This document shows, in pieces, positions 41,426 through 53,526 of a DNA stretch of 64,000 nucleotides. Origin of the DNA: an uncultured delta proteobacterium. Lineage in GTDB: Bacteria > Desulfobacterota > WTBG01 > CAIYCZ01. The stretch lies in assembly GCA_963803975.1 (NCBI GenBank), contig CAWDOY010000003.1, positions 160,001 through 224,000 of the forward strand, written 5' to 3'. A program made the translations under genes and the position numbers. Under the pieces are notes generated by a model. It had not been told where the DNA came from, ran no database searches, and saw only the letters and a program-made list of their open reading frames with translations. Position 1 is the first letter of the stretch. The number at the start of each line of letters is the position of its first letter.

Positions 41426-42082
41426 ATGAAAGTTAACACGATTTTGAATACTGCCTCTCACCGTGAGCTGGAACAGCTTGAAAATAAAACACGCCTTCTC
41501 CTGGTACGCCATGGCGAGCTGGTAACCTCCCGTGAATGGCGGTACGTGGGACATCTTGATGTAGAGCTCAATGAGATTGGAATCGAGCAGATGCAGCGGG
41601 CAGGAGAGCGACTGAAGAGCGAGCAGGTTGACGTTCTTCTGTCAAGTGATCTTAAAAGGACCAGGAAAGGTGCTGAGATTATCGGGACCATGCTGGGACT
41701 TACTCCGCAGTCCCACAGAGAATTCAGGGAAATCAGTTTAGGACAGTGGGAGGGGTTGACCCGTGATGAGATTGCAGCACAGTTCCCTGAAGACTTTGAA
41801 GAGCGGTCAAAGGATCTCCCGCATTACCGAATTAAGAATGGAGAAAGTTTTACTGATTTAAAGAAGCGGGTCATAAAGAAACTGGAACAGACCCTGGATG
41901 AACACCAGGGGAAACGTATCGCTTTAATTGCGCACGGGGGAGTAAATAGAATTATTCTCACGCATGTTCTGGGCATGGACTTATCTCATCTCACGCGCCT
42001 TGACCAGGCATACGGCTGCCTCAATATCATCGACTACTTTGACGGCATGCCAGTGGTGCGGCTTGTCAACAGCACCCCCTAA
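41426..42082 (+). CDS. cobC: Histidine phosphatase, probably alpha-ribazole phosphatase
   Basis: LVRHGE, SSDLKR, REISLGQWEG and AHGGVNR, adjacent to cobO. Confidence 0.75.
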   Translation: MKVNTILNTASHRELEQLENKTRLLLVRHGELVTSREWRYVGHLDVELNEIGIEQMQRAGERLKSEQVDVLLSSDLKRTRKGAEIIGTMLGLTPQSHREFREISLGQWEGLTRDEIAAQFPEDFEERSKDLPHYRIKNGESFTDLKKRVIKKLEQTLDEHQGKRIALIAHGGVNRIILTHVLGMDLSHLTRLDQAYGCLNIIDYFDGMPVVRLVNSTP

Positions 42083-42461
42083 GCATCTTCATCACCACCG
42101 CCGTTATCGTCATCCTGCTTCACAATAGACAGCACCGGCCGTGTCCCCCTTTTTTTAGCGGCTGCTTCTGCAGACCCATATCAATGGCAATCATGAAATG
42201 CTCTTCTCCGTTGATAGTGAACAGCTCACCATTCATTTGTGGAGTGCGCAGAATCCAGGTAATGTCAACCGGCGGCATTACCAGGAGCTTAAAGCTTACA
42301 TCCCACCATTCCTTTTTAACATTTGGCTTAATGTCCAGCACCACCCCGTAGAACAGGCCGGGCTTCATCCCCACCAGAACGACATCACCAGCCGCAGTGC
42401 TTTCCTTGAACGTAATCTTCTTCCTCAGCTCAGCCAGCATTTCTTCAAGAGTCATATACAT
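42079..42461 (-). CDS. Hypothetical protein; frameshift in the homopolymer near 42150
   Basis: 113-aa ORF preceded by a Shine-Dalgarno-like AAGGA. The shifted tail TRPVLSIVKQDDDNGGGDEDA* ends at 42079. Confidence 0.6.
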
Positions 42462-42547
42462 CCTTTAATAAATCAATTTATGCGGCACCAGCATATACTA
42501 TATGGTATACATAATCTATTTAAATAATATCAGAAGGAGCTACCCTA

Positions 42548-43936
42548 ATGCCAGAAAATATTTTCACCTTAGCTGACCTCATTAAATCAGGCTATCGCTC
42601 AAAGACCTCCCGGGACTGCCTGTTTCTCATGGTAAAGACAAAGCTTCAGGCAGGTGAAGAGCTGTTCCCTGATATATTCGGCGTTGAAGCGGAAAAGAGA
42701 CGCTTCATCGAAATTTTAATGAGCGGCAAAGGGGCGCTTCTCACCGGTGAATATGGTGTCGCAAAGACAGACCTGGCAAAGCATATCCAGCTTCTTCTGC
42801 ATGAATATCATACACGGGAAGAGATATATTATGTAGAACAGTGCCCGGTGCAGGAGGACCCGTTGATACTGGCCCGGTTCATGTCGTTGCTCCCGCAGGG
42901 GACCATGCCCTATAAGGCAGACCCCTGTCCGATATGCCGTGCGCAGATACGAGATGTAAACGGCGATCAGGAAAAGATTGCCGTGCGGCGGCTGGACGCA
43001 ATCGTTGAAGGCCGGGGATTTGCGCGTGTTCAGGGCGGGGGCGATGTGCTCCCCGAGGAGATCGTCGGCACCTATAATCTATTAAAGCTTGCGCAGATCG
43101 GCGATCCGTTCGACCCGCGGGTATTTGAGCCGGGGAAAATCGGCCAGGCAAGCAGGGGGCTTCTGTTTGTGGATGAAATCGGCAAGCTCTCTGAATCAGC
43201 CCAGCATGCCCTCATTCAGGCGGCTCAGGAGCACTGCATGACGCCGACCAAGAGCAGGGAGACATTCCCGGTTGACTTCATGCTGGTGGCGACCACCAAC
43301 TACGCTGATGAAGAATACATTTGCGGAGCTGTTCGCGACCGCATGGTGAGCCTGAAGATCCCTCTGGTCGGCATTGAGGATGAGATCCGCATTGTGCATA
43401 AGGAAGTAAGCATCTCTGAGCCGCAGATTTATATACCGCGACTGTTTATCCGGCTTGCCGTTGAAGTAATACGTGCTCTCCGGGGTGATGAACGGCTGGA
43501 GCTTGGCCCGCGCACAAGCATTAACGCGGGCCTCATTGCCCGAAGCTCGGCCCTCCTTGACGGCCGCACCATGGCTGACTATTGTGATGTCAAGGAAGGC
43601 ATATATACGGCAATCCTTGGCAAGGCTCTCTATGAAGACAAGCATGATGTGGAGCGAAAAATTGATGAACTATTCCCTGCTATCTCATCATACCTCGAGC
43701 AGCATATCCCGCAGGTGAAGTTCCAGGAAATTACCGGAGAGTACCGGGAGGAATGGGGAAATGATGCAGCCTGGAGCAAAGACCGGGTGGCAATGATTCT
43801 GCAAAAAAAGAGCGTTTCACAATCCTGGAAGCGGCTGCAACAGAACATTTCAGCCCTTGAGAACCGGGCGCAGGATGAAATTGCGGAAATCATATCCCTG
43901 TATCTGTCAGCCTTTGAGAGAGGGTGCGAAAAATGA
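42548..43936 (+). CDS. AAA+ ATPase (Mg-chelatase I/MoxR-like)
   Basis: Walker A variant GEYGVAKT, Walker B LFVDE, FEPGKIGQASRG and ATTN...AVRDR. Confidence 0.8.
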   Translation: MPENIFTLADLIKSGYRSKTSRDCLFLMVKTKLQAGEELFPDIFGVEAEKRRFIEILMSGKGALLTGEYGVAKTDLAKHIQLLLHEYHTREEIYYVEQCPVQEDPLILARFMSLLPQGTMPYKADPCPICRAQIRDVNGDQEKIAVRRLDAIVEGRGFARVQGGGDVLPEEIVGTYNLLKLAQIGDPFDPRVFEPGKIGQASRGLLFVDEIGKLSESAQHALIQAAQEHCMTPTKSRETFPVDFMLVATTNYADEEYICGAVRDRMVSLKIPLVGIEDEIRIVHKEVSISEPQIYIPRLFIRLAVEVIRALRGDERLELGPRTSINAGLIARSSALLDGRTMADYCDVKEGIYTAILGKALYEDKHDVERKIDELFPAISSYLEQHIPQVKFQEITGEYREEWGNDAAWSKDRVAMILQKKSVSQSWKRLQQNISALENRAQDEIAEIISLYLSAFERGCEK

Positions 43937-45710
43937 AGTGGGCTGCAGAGCTTGAAAAATGGTGCTGGAAGGAAAAAGCCCGCAAGGCCTCAAACAGCGA
44001 GCTGTTTTCCATGTCCCGGTCTTTAAGCAGCAGGCAGGAGATAAGTAAAGATGACATGGAAAAGGCTGTCAGGGACGCCGTATCCTCCCGGCCCGGAAAA
44101 CAGCAGGCGCAAAAGAATGCCGTGAAGGATAATCTGCGGAGATTTGATGAGCAGGCGCAGGAGGAACTGCTCAATGCTTTAAATGAACTTAAGCAGGGAA
44201 GCACCGGAAAAAAAGCAAAAGGCAAAAGCAGCGCTCACCATAGACCGGATGAGAAGGACACTGAACAGGCAGCTTCGGATAAGTCAGATACTGCCTCGCT
44301 GCGTCAGGTTGCTGCATCTATCCTGGATGAGTTACAGAAGCACTATCCGGAGAATGAGAACCTGAAAAAGCTCAAGAAGAAAATACGTTATATAAGAAAT
44401 ATAAAGCAATTATTCGAAAAGATAGAAGATGTTGCTGAGGAACTGGATGAGCATAATAGAGAGAGCACTGAGCAGCCGGAACTGGCACGGGGGCAGGGCA
44501 GAATTGGCGGGCTTTCGCTGCAGCAGGGAGGAAAAGATTCATTGCCCGCTGACGGCTTTGACCGGTTACCTCGCGCTGATGATGAGAAAGAATCCTTTGC
44601 CGGGATACTGACCGATGATGCGGCGGAAGACCTGAAGCATGAAGCACATAGCCCCTGGCTTAAAGATTATCCGTCATCATCGCTTCTTGATCAGGTCATG
44701 AACCTTGGCAGAAAACGGCGGGCTCTCGAGGGGAGAATCAGGCAGCAGTTCTCAAACGAAGTAAACAAGGCGGATATACAGAGCATGATTGACCAGCTCA
44801 TTGAGTCCAGCATCGTGAGCCCGACTTTTCAAGATACTTTTCTGGTCAACCGGGAGCGTGTCGCCATCCAGCTGGCAAAAGAAGCGTTTCTGCAATTATC
44901 AAAGATGTTTGTGCGAAAGCCTTTGGCTCAAACCGGTACCCATGATTACGGCCGCAGGGGAATAACCACCCTGCAGCTTGACCGGGTGGAGCGCTCGCGC
45001 TCCCTCACCTCAAGGATTTCTCCCATGCATACGCTGCGGCAGGGGCTCTCGCGCAGGGCGCTGTACCAGTCTTCGCCGCTGCTTGATGAAGAAGATTTGA
45101 TGAATTACGAAAGCAGGGCAAAAGTCGGCTATTCAATCGTTATTGCCATTGATATATCAGGAGCTGTGCAGTTCGGGGGAAGGATACAGGGGGTGAGGAA
45201 GGCGTGCATGGCATTCGGCTATTACCTGAAGAAGTACCATCCCAGAGACCGGGTCACCTATGTTGCCTATCATGAAAAGCCGCGGGAGGTAAGCCTGGCT
45301 GATGTATCACGGCTGAAGGCAATAAACGGCACGGGCAAAGACATCGGCGGCTGTCTGAGGCAGTGCCTGTCAATTCTGAAAAGAGACCCTGAGCGTGTGC
45401 CGGCGATTGTCCTTATCGGCGACGGGCTGCCGGTGAGCGGGGAGCCAGGCCGGCTTCTACAACTTCATGAATAACAACCGGGAAGTAATTGATAAAGCAT
45501 ATTATAACGCGCGGCTGCTGAGAAAGGAACAGGGTGCTCTTCACCTTTCTGCAGTTCCGTGAAGACCGCCACCTCTGGGAGGATTATGCGGACGAGGCAG
45601 CCGCCCGCATAGCAAGAGAAGCTAAAGGCCTGCTCTATCAGATAGATGACCCCACTACCATTGCTCCGTCACTCATCCGGTCGTTCAGACATCTACGAAC
45701 TATTCAATAG
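43933..45710 (+). CDS. VWA domain protein, partner of the AAA+ ATPase; frameshifts near 45445 and 45533
   Basis: MIDAS-like IAIDISGAV and VLIGDGLP motifs, with an ATGA overlap with the ATPase gene. The shifted frames continue to TAG at 45710. Confidence 0.75.
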
Positions 45711-45733
45711 CCACGATTCACAAGCATTAATCG

Positions 45734-46895
45734 TTACGCCATGCGCGGCAGCTTCCACACACCGGGGATGGGCTGGCCGCAGGAGCAGGTGCCGGCAGGG
45801 ATAGTGTTCTGGATAATGGCGTAGCTCATGCGCTGGATGAGCATTTTGCTGCAGCGCGGGCAGTAGGTGTTCTCCGCCTGGTGGCCGGGCATGTTGCCGA
45901 TATAGACAAAATGGAGACCGGCATCTCTGGCGGTCAGATAGCAGGTCTCAAGAGTGCTAACCGGCGTCGGCGGCAGATTCTTTATCTTATACATGGGATG
46001 AAACCGTGTAAAATGTACCGGGACATCCGGCCCCAGATTCTTATAAATCCAGTGTGCCATGTCCTTTATTTCTGCGGGGTTGTCATTAAGCGTCGGGATG
46101 ACAAGCACCACGATCTCAAACCACAGGCCGGTCTCTTTTAGTACCTGCAGGGTCTTTAATACCGGTGCCAGCTCGCCGCTGCAATAGTCTTTGTAGAATT
46201 TATCGCTGAATGATTTCAGGTCAATCTTGACAGCGGTCAACTTCCTGCAGAGCTTGCGCAGCGGCTCCTCATTGATGAAGCCGTTGGAAATCATCACGCT
46301 GCCGATACCAGCCTTCTGACCTTCCACTGCGCAGTCATACATATATTCATAAAAGACCGTGGGCTCGGAATAGGTATAGGCAATGGTCTGACAGTTCTGT
46401 TCCCGTGCCAGCCGAGCTGCTGCAGCGGGCGGCATAAAAGTGCTTTCAACCTGTTCGGGCCGGTACTGGGCAATGTTCCAGTTCTGGCAGAAACGGCACT
46501 CAAAGTTGCATCCTGCAGTGGCGATGGAGAAGGCAAGGGTTGAGGGCAGGCAGTGGAAGAGCGGCTTTTTCTCTATCGGATCGGTATGCACAGCGCAGGG
46601 TTTAGAATGAATGAGCGTGTAATAGGTGCCGCCGCGGTTTTCTTTGTTCCCGCAGTAGCCGCGCTCAAGGTCTGCAATCCTGCACTTCTTGGGGCAGATG
46701 CCGCACTCAACCTTTAAGTCAGGAAGCTTTTTATAGAACATGACTTCCTTTAAGCTGCTCGGCTCCGGCTGCCGGGGCCTGGCCGGAAGAGCAGGGAGGG
46801 GCTGATGATTGGCGCAGGGCATCAAGCCGAAGGCACACAGGCCGCATGAAAGGCATTTGAGGAAACTTGCGCCGGGAAACAGGTTGCTGCTGCAT
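45734..46895 (-). CDS. amrS: AmmeMemoRadiSam system radical SAM enzyme with Tat-like leader; frameshift near 46862
   Basis: CGICPKKC...G.CG, DPIEKKPLFH, GCNFECRFCQN, AYTYSEP and HFTRFHP. The corrected N-terminus reads MQQQPVSRRKFLKCL. Confidence 0.88.
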
Positions 46896-46901
46896 ACCCT
46901 C

Positions 46902-47894
46902 TTAAACCATGATCCTGGTTATTGTATGTATATCCGCAACTCCCAGGCCGCGCTGTGCTGCTGACAGGATATGTTTTGGAGACCTGCCGGCTTCTGCCAG
47001 GGTCTGCAGCCCTTTAACTTTTCTCTGCTCTTCTATGATTTGGCATCCTGTTCGGTCAATTGCCACCGGGTCGCGGCTGAACAGCAGGCCGCTGTAGGGC
47101 CATGCCCACTGAGGCTTGTAGCCGGGGCCGCCGCTGCACTGCGCAGTGAGGCCATCACAGATGATGAGCCGCAGTTTATTCTTAATGTAGGGGTGCGCGT
47201 TGAGATCAGCGATATACGGGTCGCAGCCGTTGTCGTGGTATTTATTGGGATTGTGGATAGCGCCGTAGAAGTTTTTGAGGTTGAGGGAGACTCCGGAAAG
47301 ATCGTGGTCCTTCAATACAGGGATACTGATGAGGGCATCGCATTGGCGGGACAGTATCGTGCTGAAGCAGCTGCCGATTGAGCCTGCAGCCTCCGGCTCT
47401 GGTTCATAGTCATTGTCTGTGCCAAAACAGAGCACGTCGTTATTTCCCCGGTTGATTTTATACCCGCCGCGTTCGAGCTCTTCAGTAAGCCGGTCCCAGA
47501 TAATGATCTGCTGTGGTTTAAAGCCCGCATTCACCAGGCTTCCGGCCACTGCATAGGCCACTTCCGTATGGGTGCAGATGTTTCTGCCGCCCATGGCATT
47601 TACTTTGATGCCGATGGTCTCTCCGGGATTAAATATGCTCTGCCATGCCCTGGTGCCATCAGCTACTCCGGTCAGTTTTATAATCCCCTGGTCAAGCATC
47701 TTGCGGATAATTTCAGAAGAAACCTGTCCCGGCCGCATATGGACTTCCGGCCTGCGCGCTATTATAACCGTTGAGCCGTGCTGGTTTGCTTACAGGGTTT
47801 TGTGCAAAAGCAAAGGACGAACGCATTATGCCCGAGGCAGAAAACTTAAACGGGCAGCCTGCTTTAAAAAATCTCTTCTGTTAAGAATTATCAT
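46902..47894 (-). CDS. DUF362 domain protein with Tat-like leader; frameshift near 47830
   Basis: IGIKVN, PVLKDH..SGVSLNLKNFYG and DPVAID motifs. The upstream frame reads MIILNRRDFLKQAA. Confidence 0.8.
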
Positions 47895-47901
47895 TCTACT
47901 A

Positions 47902-48831
47902 TCACGTCAAATTCATCCTGAGGACAGGCGAAGGTAAGAAGCCTGCCGGCACGGTAGCCGCACAGGTCCGGCTCAGTGACACCTTCAAAACAGAATAAAG
48001 CCCGGGCCTGTCTGCGGGCATCGCATCAGAAATTACCTGCAGCAGGGAACTCCTGTCACAGGAGTAACAGGCGGGGCACTGCTGCGGCAGCACTGCCCCG
48101 GTTTTCTGCACCACGCGGGCGCGGCTCTCAGTCCAGAACTCCGGTGATTTACTCTGCCGTTATTTCTACCCCCTTGATACTGCGAATTATTATCATGCCA
48201 TTGCTGACCGTGAAATAGCCCCTGCAGTCAATGCTGTCATCCCTGGCATAATGCAGCCTGTTCTGTGCGCCGATGCTTATCGGGAGCATATACCAAATCT
48301 TGATAATGGGTAGAATTTAATGAAGCAATCATTGATAGTTAGGATAAAACCATCAAGCAGCACCTGATCACGCTTTATTACCTTTTTTCAAAATAAACTC
48401 AGGTTTAACGGAGGTGATTCTGCCGGACAGTTCAACCTGTTTGCCCTGCACGACTGTCCAGCCAGTTTTCAAAGTACTCGAAGCTCATCCTTAAACCGCT
48501 GCAACTCATTTTCACCGGGCAGGAACTCGGGACGATTGACCTCTTTAACATCATAAAAATGGCGGCAGGAAAAACAGAGCCGTCCCACATGCTGAAATTT
48601 CCTGTGACAGGGTTTGCCTTTATTCAGATTCCGGCATTTCCAGCGGAAGAAGGTGCACCCGTCAGGGAAACATTTTTTTACCTTAAGCACATGGTAAACA
48701 GAAACCGCATTATTAAAGCGGTCATGGGAGTCATGCATGCAGCGGAATACATCCTGGCGCTTATACTGGTTTATAAGCGCAGGTTTAGGGGGAAAGTGGC
48801 TGTCAAGAAGGCGCAGGAGGTTTTTGTTCAT
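47902..48831 (-). CDS. Cys-rich hypothetical protein with several frameshifts
   Basis: Fragments 48469..48831 (CFPDGC, C..C, CFSCRHF) and 47902..48114 (CPACYSC), with coding-like sequence between them. Confidence 0.5.
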
Positions 48832-48921
48832 AACAGGCCGGGCTATAACAAAGTAATAGAGTGCAGCTATATCTCAGTATAGCTCTATTTTAAAGAACAA
48901 TTGAAGACAGGCTGGTTCTGG

Positions 48922-51900
48922 TTAGGGACCTTTCTCCTGTTTTTTGCCGGGATTGAGGATTTCCTGCGGCAGATTATAAAACCTGTTGATAAGCGCTCGT
49001 AACACCCTGGCTGAGAGATTCCACCGGAACCGGTTTAACCGACGCATCTGCATAGGGGCCGCTGACCTGGAAATAACTGACGGTGATTGATTTATTCTCA
49101 CCGGTCAGAATTTTTCCGGCAATGGGGATGCTGCCCAGCAGTTTTCCCACGGTTTCCAAACGGCTGAACACCCACGATAAGATTAATCTCCTTGCGCGCA
49201 AAGTTAAGATCACCGACAGCAGAGAGATTCATGGCCGGGCTTTTCATGAACAGGTCGTCAGTATGCGCAGATCCCTTGTGCCATGACAAACCGTCCGTCT
49301 ACTGCCTCCAGCGGCATGCCCCGGGAAAGAAGGTCGGGCATGTGGAGCTTTACCATTTCAGTGAAGCTGAGCAGAGAAAGTATTTTTGAAACCACAGTAA
49401 ATTTACCCAGCTTCGCGTCTTTCATGCTGATCTTGAAATTGCCCTCCATGTTCGGAACAACTTCGTGGCCTTTTTTGAAGAGAGAGGTGAACATGCCGTC
49501 GAGGTTAATTTTTCCGGCAATTATCTTCTTTGCCTGCAGCTCGGGCAGAAACTCCTCAAACTGAATACCTGTTAGCATCGGGCAGGAAGGTCAGCCGGTA
49601 TGTGCCCGGCTGTGAAAAATCGTGTATAACAGTGCCAGTCAGTAATGCCCTGATACGCATGGAGATTTATATTTCCATAGGTCATGACCCCGTCCTTTAT
49701 GGTAATACGGGTAGTGCCATCCGTAAAATGCCAGCTCATGAATTTACCATTCTTAACGGTTGACGGAGCGTCCAGAACAAAGCGGCGGAAAAACGGTTTT
49801 TCTCCCGGAGCAGATATTGGCGGAGGCGCGGAAGAACCTTCCGGCGCGCTGAATGATTTTTTAATCTTGATTACGGTCTCGATGAAATCATCCAGATCAA
49901 GCCATGAGACATCAGCCTTGAACTGGCCCAGAGGATCACCACCATACATAAAATCTCCGCTGCAGCTTGCAGTGGTCAAGCCAAAGCTGCCAATCGCCTG
50001 GGTAACGTGCAGTTTGTCTCCATTAAAAAATCCTTTTGCATTCACGAAAAGAAGCGGCAGGGCTTCTCCTGGTTTTACGCATTTCAAGGCGGCTGGCATC
50101 AATGGCTCCCTGTATATCAGGCACTGCGGACTTGCTGAAGGGAACCGTAAGCGTACCTTTACCGTTAAGGATGCCCTGCAGTTTTATATCAGAGGGCATG
50201 AACAGAAGCCCCAGCGTGGTGATGTCCATGTCCTGCAGCTGATAGTCACCGGTGAACACTGGTGCCTTCCAGTCTTGCAGGGTGCCTGAGAGCGAAAAGC
50301 TGTTATTGTCAAGCGCATAGCTCACATCAACAGCAGCAGGCAGTGTGCCGGGAGAAAACACGGTTTTAATGGTTGCCATATTGTGCAGGCCGGACGACTT
50401 TTTCAGAAAATTTCCCAGTAGAATAGTTTAGCTGGGTGAGGTCAATGGCAGACGAAACTTCTGCCTGCCGTGCAGCCGCAATTGGATAGCGGATTTGTGT
50501 TGCAGTTTCCATGATGCCGCTGTCCGGAGAGAACAGTTTTTCAGCAGAACCGGGAGCAAAAGAGGCAAGGGCGCTTACCAGAGCATCAGAAGGAGCTGTT
50601 GTTTGTACCCTGACATCCAGAGAATAGCTCGCAAACGGCTGTGTAATAGTAGCGTTTATGACGTGAGCATCATGGGAGAACCACTGGGCGGCTATATTGG
50701 TCAGTGTCAATGTATCTTTCGTAAACGCAAATGAACCGCTTGCAGCTTTGAGCTGCGGCAGCGTATTATTAATCGACACAGTAACATTTGAGATTTCCCC
50801 ATTGCCATTGCACAGTTCCAGGGTGGGAGGCTGGGAAGCACTCAGGCAGCTTCTCACGTGAAGCGTTTTTATGCCGATTGTTGCATCCTGCAAATTGTTG
50901 ATATAATCCGGAAGATAGCGCTTGCGCACGGCTTCGGGGATAAGGTGTTTGACTGCTTTCCAGGTAACGGCATTAGTGCCGACGTGCGCATCAATGACCG
51001 GGGCCTGGGGCAGCCCGGTCGCGGAAAGCTCTCCCGTGATTACTATGCCGGGAAGAGTTATCTCGCAGTTTTTTATATGCACCGCATCACGGCCGCCGAC
51101 TGCATCCACTTTGACAAGAGCCTGTTTCAAGGTAACAGGAGTTTCGATGCCCACGGGGAGCGTGAGGGCTTCAGATTGCAGCCAGCCCCTGGCATTGAAA
51201 GAGGAATCGGATGCCAGACTGCACTCAAGGTGTGCGTCTATTAAACCTGCCGGAGCGGTGGCAGGCTGCCATTGTTTCACATAGGGCATCAGGGAGGAAA
51301 GAGCGACTTTTTGTAAATCAATAACACCCTGGGCCTGAAAGCCGGAGGATTGGCCGGAGAGAGGCTCATGTTTGATAGTCCCGGTGTAAGAAATCTGGCC
51401 TGACTCTATCCCCCTCTTCATCTCTGCCGAGCATGACAGCCGGTACGGTTCAAGAAGAAGCGGCTGGGCAATATCGAGATTGAGCTTTTGAAAATGTGTG
51501 AAGGCATTGCGCTGGTAGTCACGGAACTCCAGATATCCATCATTTATGATGCACCGTCGCATGGTTATTGAAAACGGGAACCAGGAAAGGCCGGCGCCCG
51601 CGTTTTCAGAAAGACCCGCAGGGAGAGAGAGGGCAAACGGCCATGTTCCATCCTGATTGCGGAATATATATAAGCGGGGGGTGTCAATGATGATTTTAGA
51701 CACAACGATCTGTTTGCGCAGGAGAGGAAACAGCCGCAGCAGAATGTAATTTTTATTACTTTCAAGAACAGTCGTGCTGGACGCGATATGCGTGATTTTA
51801 AGGTTTTTTATGGTTACCCCTATTCCCAGAGAAAAACGCCAGGCAATATCATCAAAACCGATACGAAAACCGGTACTCTCTTCAAGGGGTTTCAGGGCAC

Positions 51901-52009
51901 GCTCAGCGTAGTACGTCAGGTCTCTCATCACATAGTAGAGGCTGCCGGCAGTGAAGCAGAGCACGAAAAAGATGATCACGATAAATATGGTGAATGCCTT
52001 CCGGAACAT
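48922..52009 (-). CDS. AsmA-like/YhdP family envelope protein with several frameshifts
   Basis: N-terminal TM helix, LRLFPLLRKQIVVSKIIIDTP, beta-rich body, and C-terminal VQP..TVGKLLGSIPIAGKIL...YFQVSGP over six ORF fragments. Confidence 0.78.
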
Positions 52010-52370
52010 GATAATAACAACCGCATTGATTTATTATTGCAGGAAGTTTATAACATAATAGCCGCGCTGATTAAAGTCCATAGTGTAACTTGTAAAAAGC
52101 GATGGTTTGACCGAGCTCACCACGGGAGGTGGCTTTTACAATAGTATTAACCTACCCCGGACAAGCCGGTACCAATGGTAACCGCAAAGACTAAAAAAGA
52201 AACAAAGAAGATTGAATTTGGAACTCGATTCGACTGGGCTCATCGCAGGCAGGAACTCACAAAGGTAAAAATAAAATAATTCTGATTTCTTGAGTTCCAG
52301 ATTATTAATTATTCTTTCCATTTTTGCAAAATAGTAGTCTTAAAAGAATAACCATTACTTTTAAACGCAA

Positions 52371-53486
52371 ATGGAGATAAGCATGGAACACACGCTGTTA
52401 ACACCGCGCACTGCCGTCCTGAAGGGAGCAGGCATTCCCTACCGGTTGATACACCATCTCATGGAAGGAACCCATACCCAGGGACACTGCTACTGCGACG
52501 GTAATCTGCGCTCAGGAAGTTATTCGGGCCCGGATGAAGACATCGCGGAAATCAATGAGCTGGAACGAAGTCTGGGCAGGCTTTCGCCGGAGCAGCTCGA
52601 CATGAGGGTCATGGCGGATTTCTGCTGCATCTGGCGTTATGATTACCCCCGGAGAGTGCATGAACTCTGCGCTGCCATCGGCGGCAACCCGCACACGGCG
52701 TTCGGCCTGCACTACCAGATCGACACTGCGCGCAGGCAGGAGCTGATTGATTACGCGGAAGCATTGAAACAATGGCTGGGCGATCAAGAAACCTCAAAGC
52801 GGAACAACAGATCATCAGGGCAGGAAAGCATTGCACATAAAGTTTTTACCTTCCTCGGCAACCGGGACCCGCTTAAGGAATTGCTGGTGGAGCGTACCTA
52901 CCTGGGGCTTTCAAGCCGCGCGCTCAACTGCTCGTACTGGGGCAACAACGCCCGGGGAAAAGTATCGCTGGCTCCCTATACCGCGCAGGAGCTTGCCCCG
53001 GACTGGCATAAACGCATGGCTGCTTTAGAGCGGGCAATCCAAAAGGAGATGGGGTACCAGGCTCACGATTTTTTGTGCGACGTGGGTGGTACCGCGGAGC
53101 CTGCGTGTCATTTTAAATTTGTGCGGCGCGTCGATATTCTGGTGGCGAGCATCGGATGCCTTCGCTGGCGGGGTAACCTGCCGGCAAAAGATAGAACCAT
53201 CAGCGGCAGGAGAAACATAACTTCCCTGTACCTTACTGTACTGGAAGAATACTGGAGGGGAAGCGCAGAAGCAGAACTTGGCGGCAGCGGGGAAGAGGCA
53301 CAGAAAATACGCAGCGAGTTGTTTACTCTGTTAGGCGAGGGGACCGCATTCAAGCGCTGGCTGGTTGCATCGTTGTGGAAGAATATCAGGAACCAGACCA
53401 GGTTCCAGGCGTTCCCCATGAAGCGCTGGGTTGAGTTTGTGAGAACCGGGGAGGACTATTTAAATAACCGGACGCATCATGCATGA
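52371..53486 (+). CDS. Hypothetical protein
   Basis: Intact 371-aa ORF with several Cys/His clusters; no family recognised. Confidence 0.65.
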   Translation: MEISMEHTLLTPRTAVLKGAGIPYRLIHHLMEGTHTQGHCYCDGNLRSGSYSGPDEDIAEINELERSLGRLSPEQLDMRVMADFCCIWRYDYPRRVHELCAAIGGNPHTAFGLHYQIDTARRQELIDYAEALKQWLGDQETSKRNNRSSGQESIAHKVFTFLGNRDPLKELLVERTYLGLSSRALNCSYWGNNARGKVSLAPYTAQELAPDWHKRMAALERAIQKEMGYQAHDFLCDVGGTAEPACHFKFVRRVDILVASIGCLRWRGNLPAKDRTISGRRNITSLYLTVLEEYWRGSAEAELGGSGEEAQKIRSELFTLLGEGTAFKRWLVASLWKNIRNQTRFQAFPMKRWVEFVRTGEDYLNNRTHHA

Positions 53487-53526
53487 CGGGTGCCGACAGC
53501 CGCTCTGAATAATGGATGCTTCTCTG

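Noticed and set aside
52136..52321. 61-aa minus-strand ORF
   Set aside because: It has no recognisable motif or ribosome binding site and lies in a probable promoter region.
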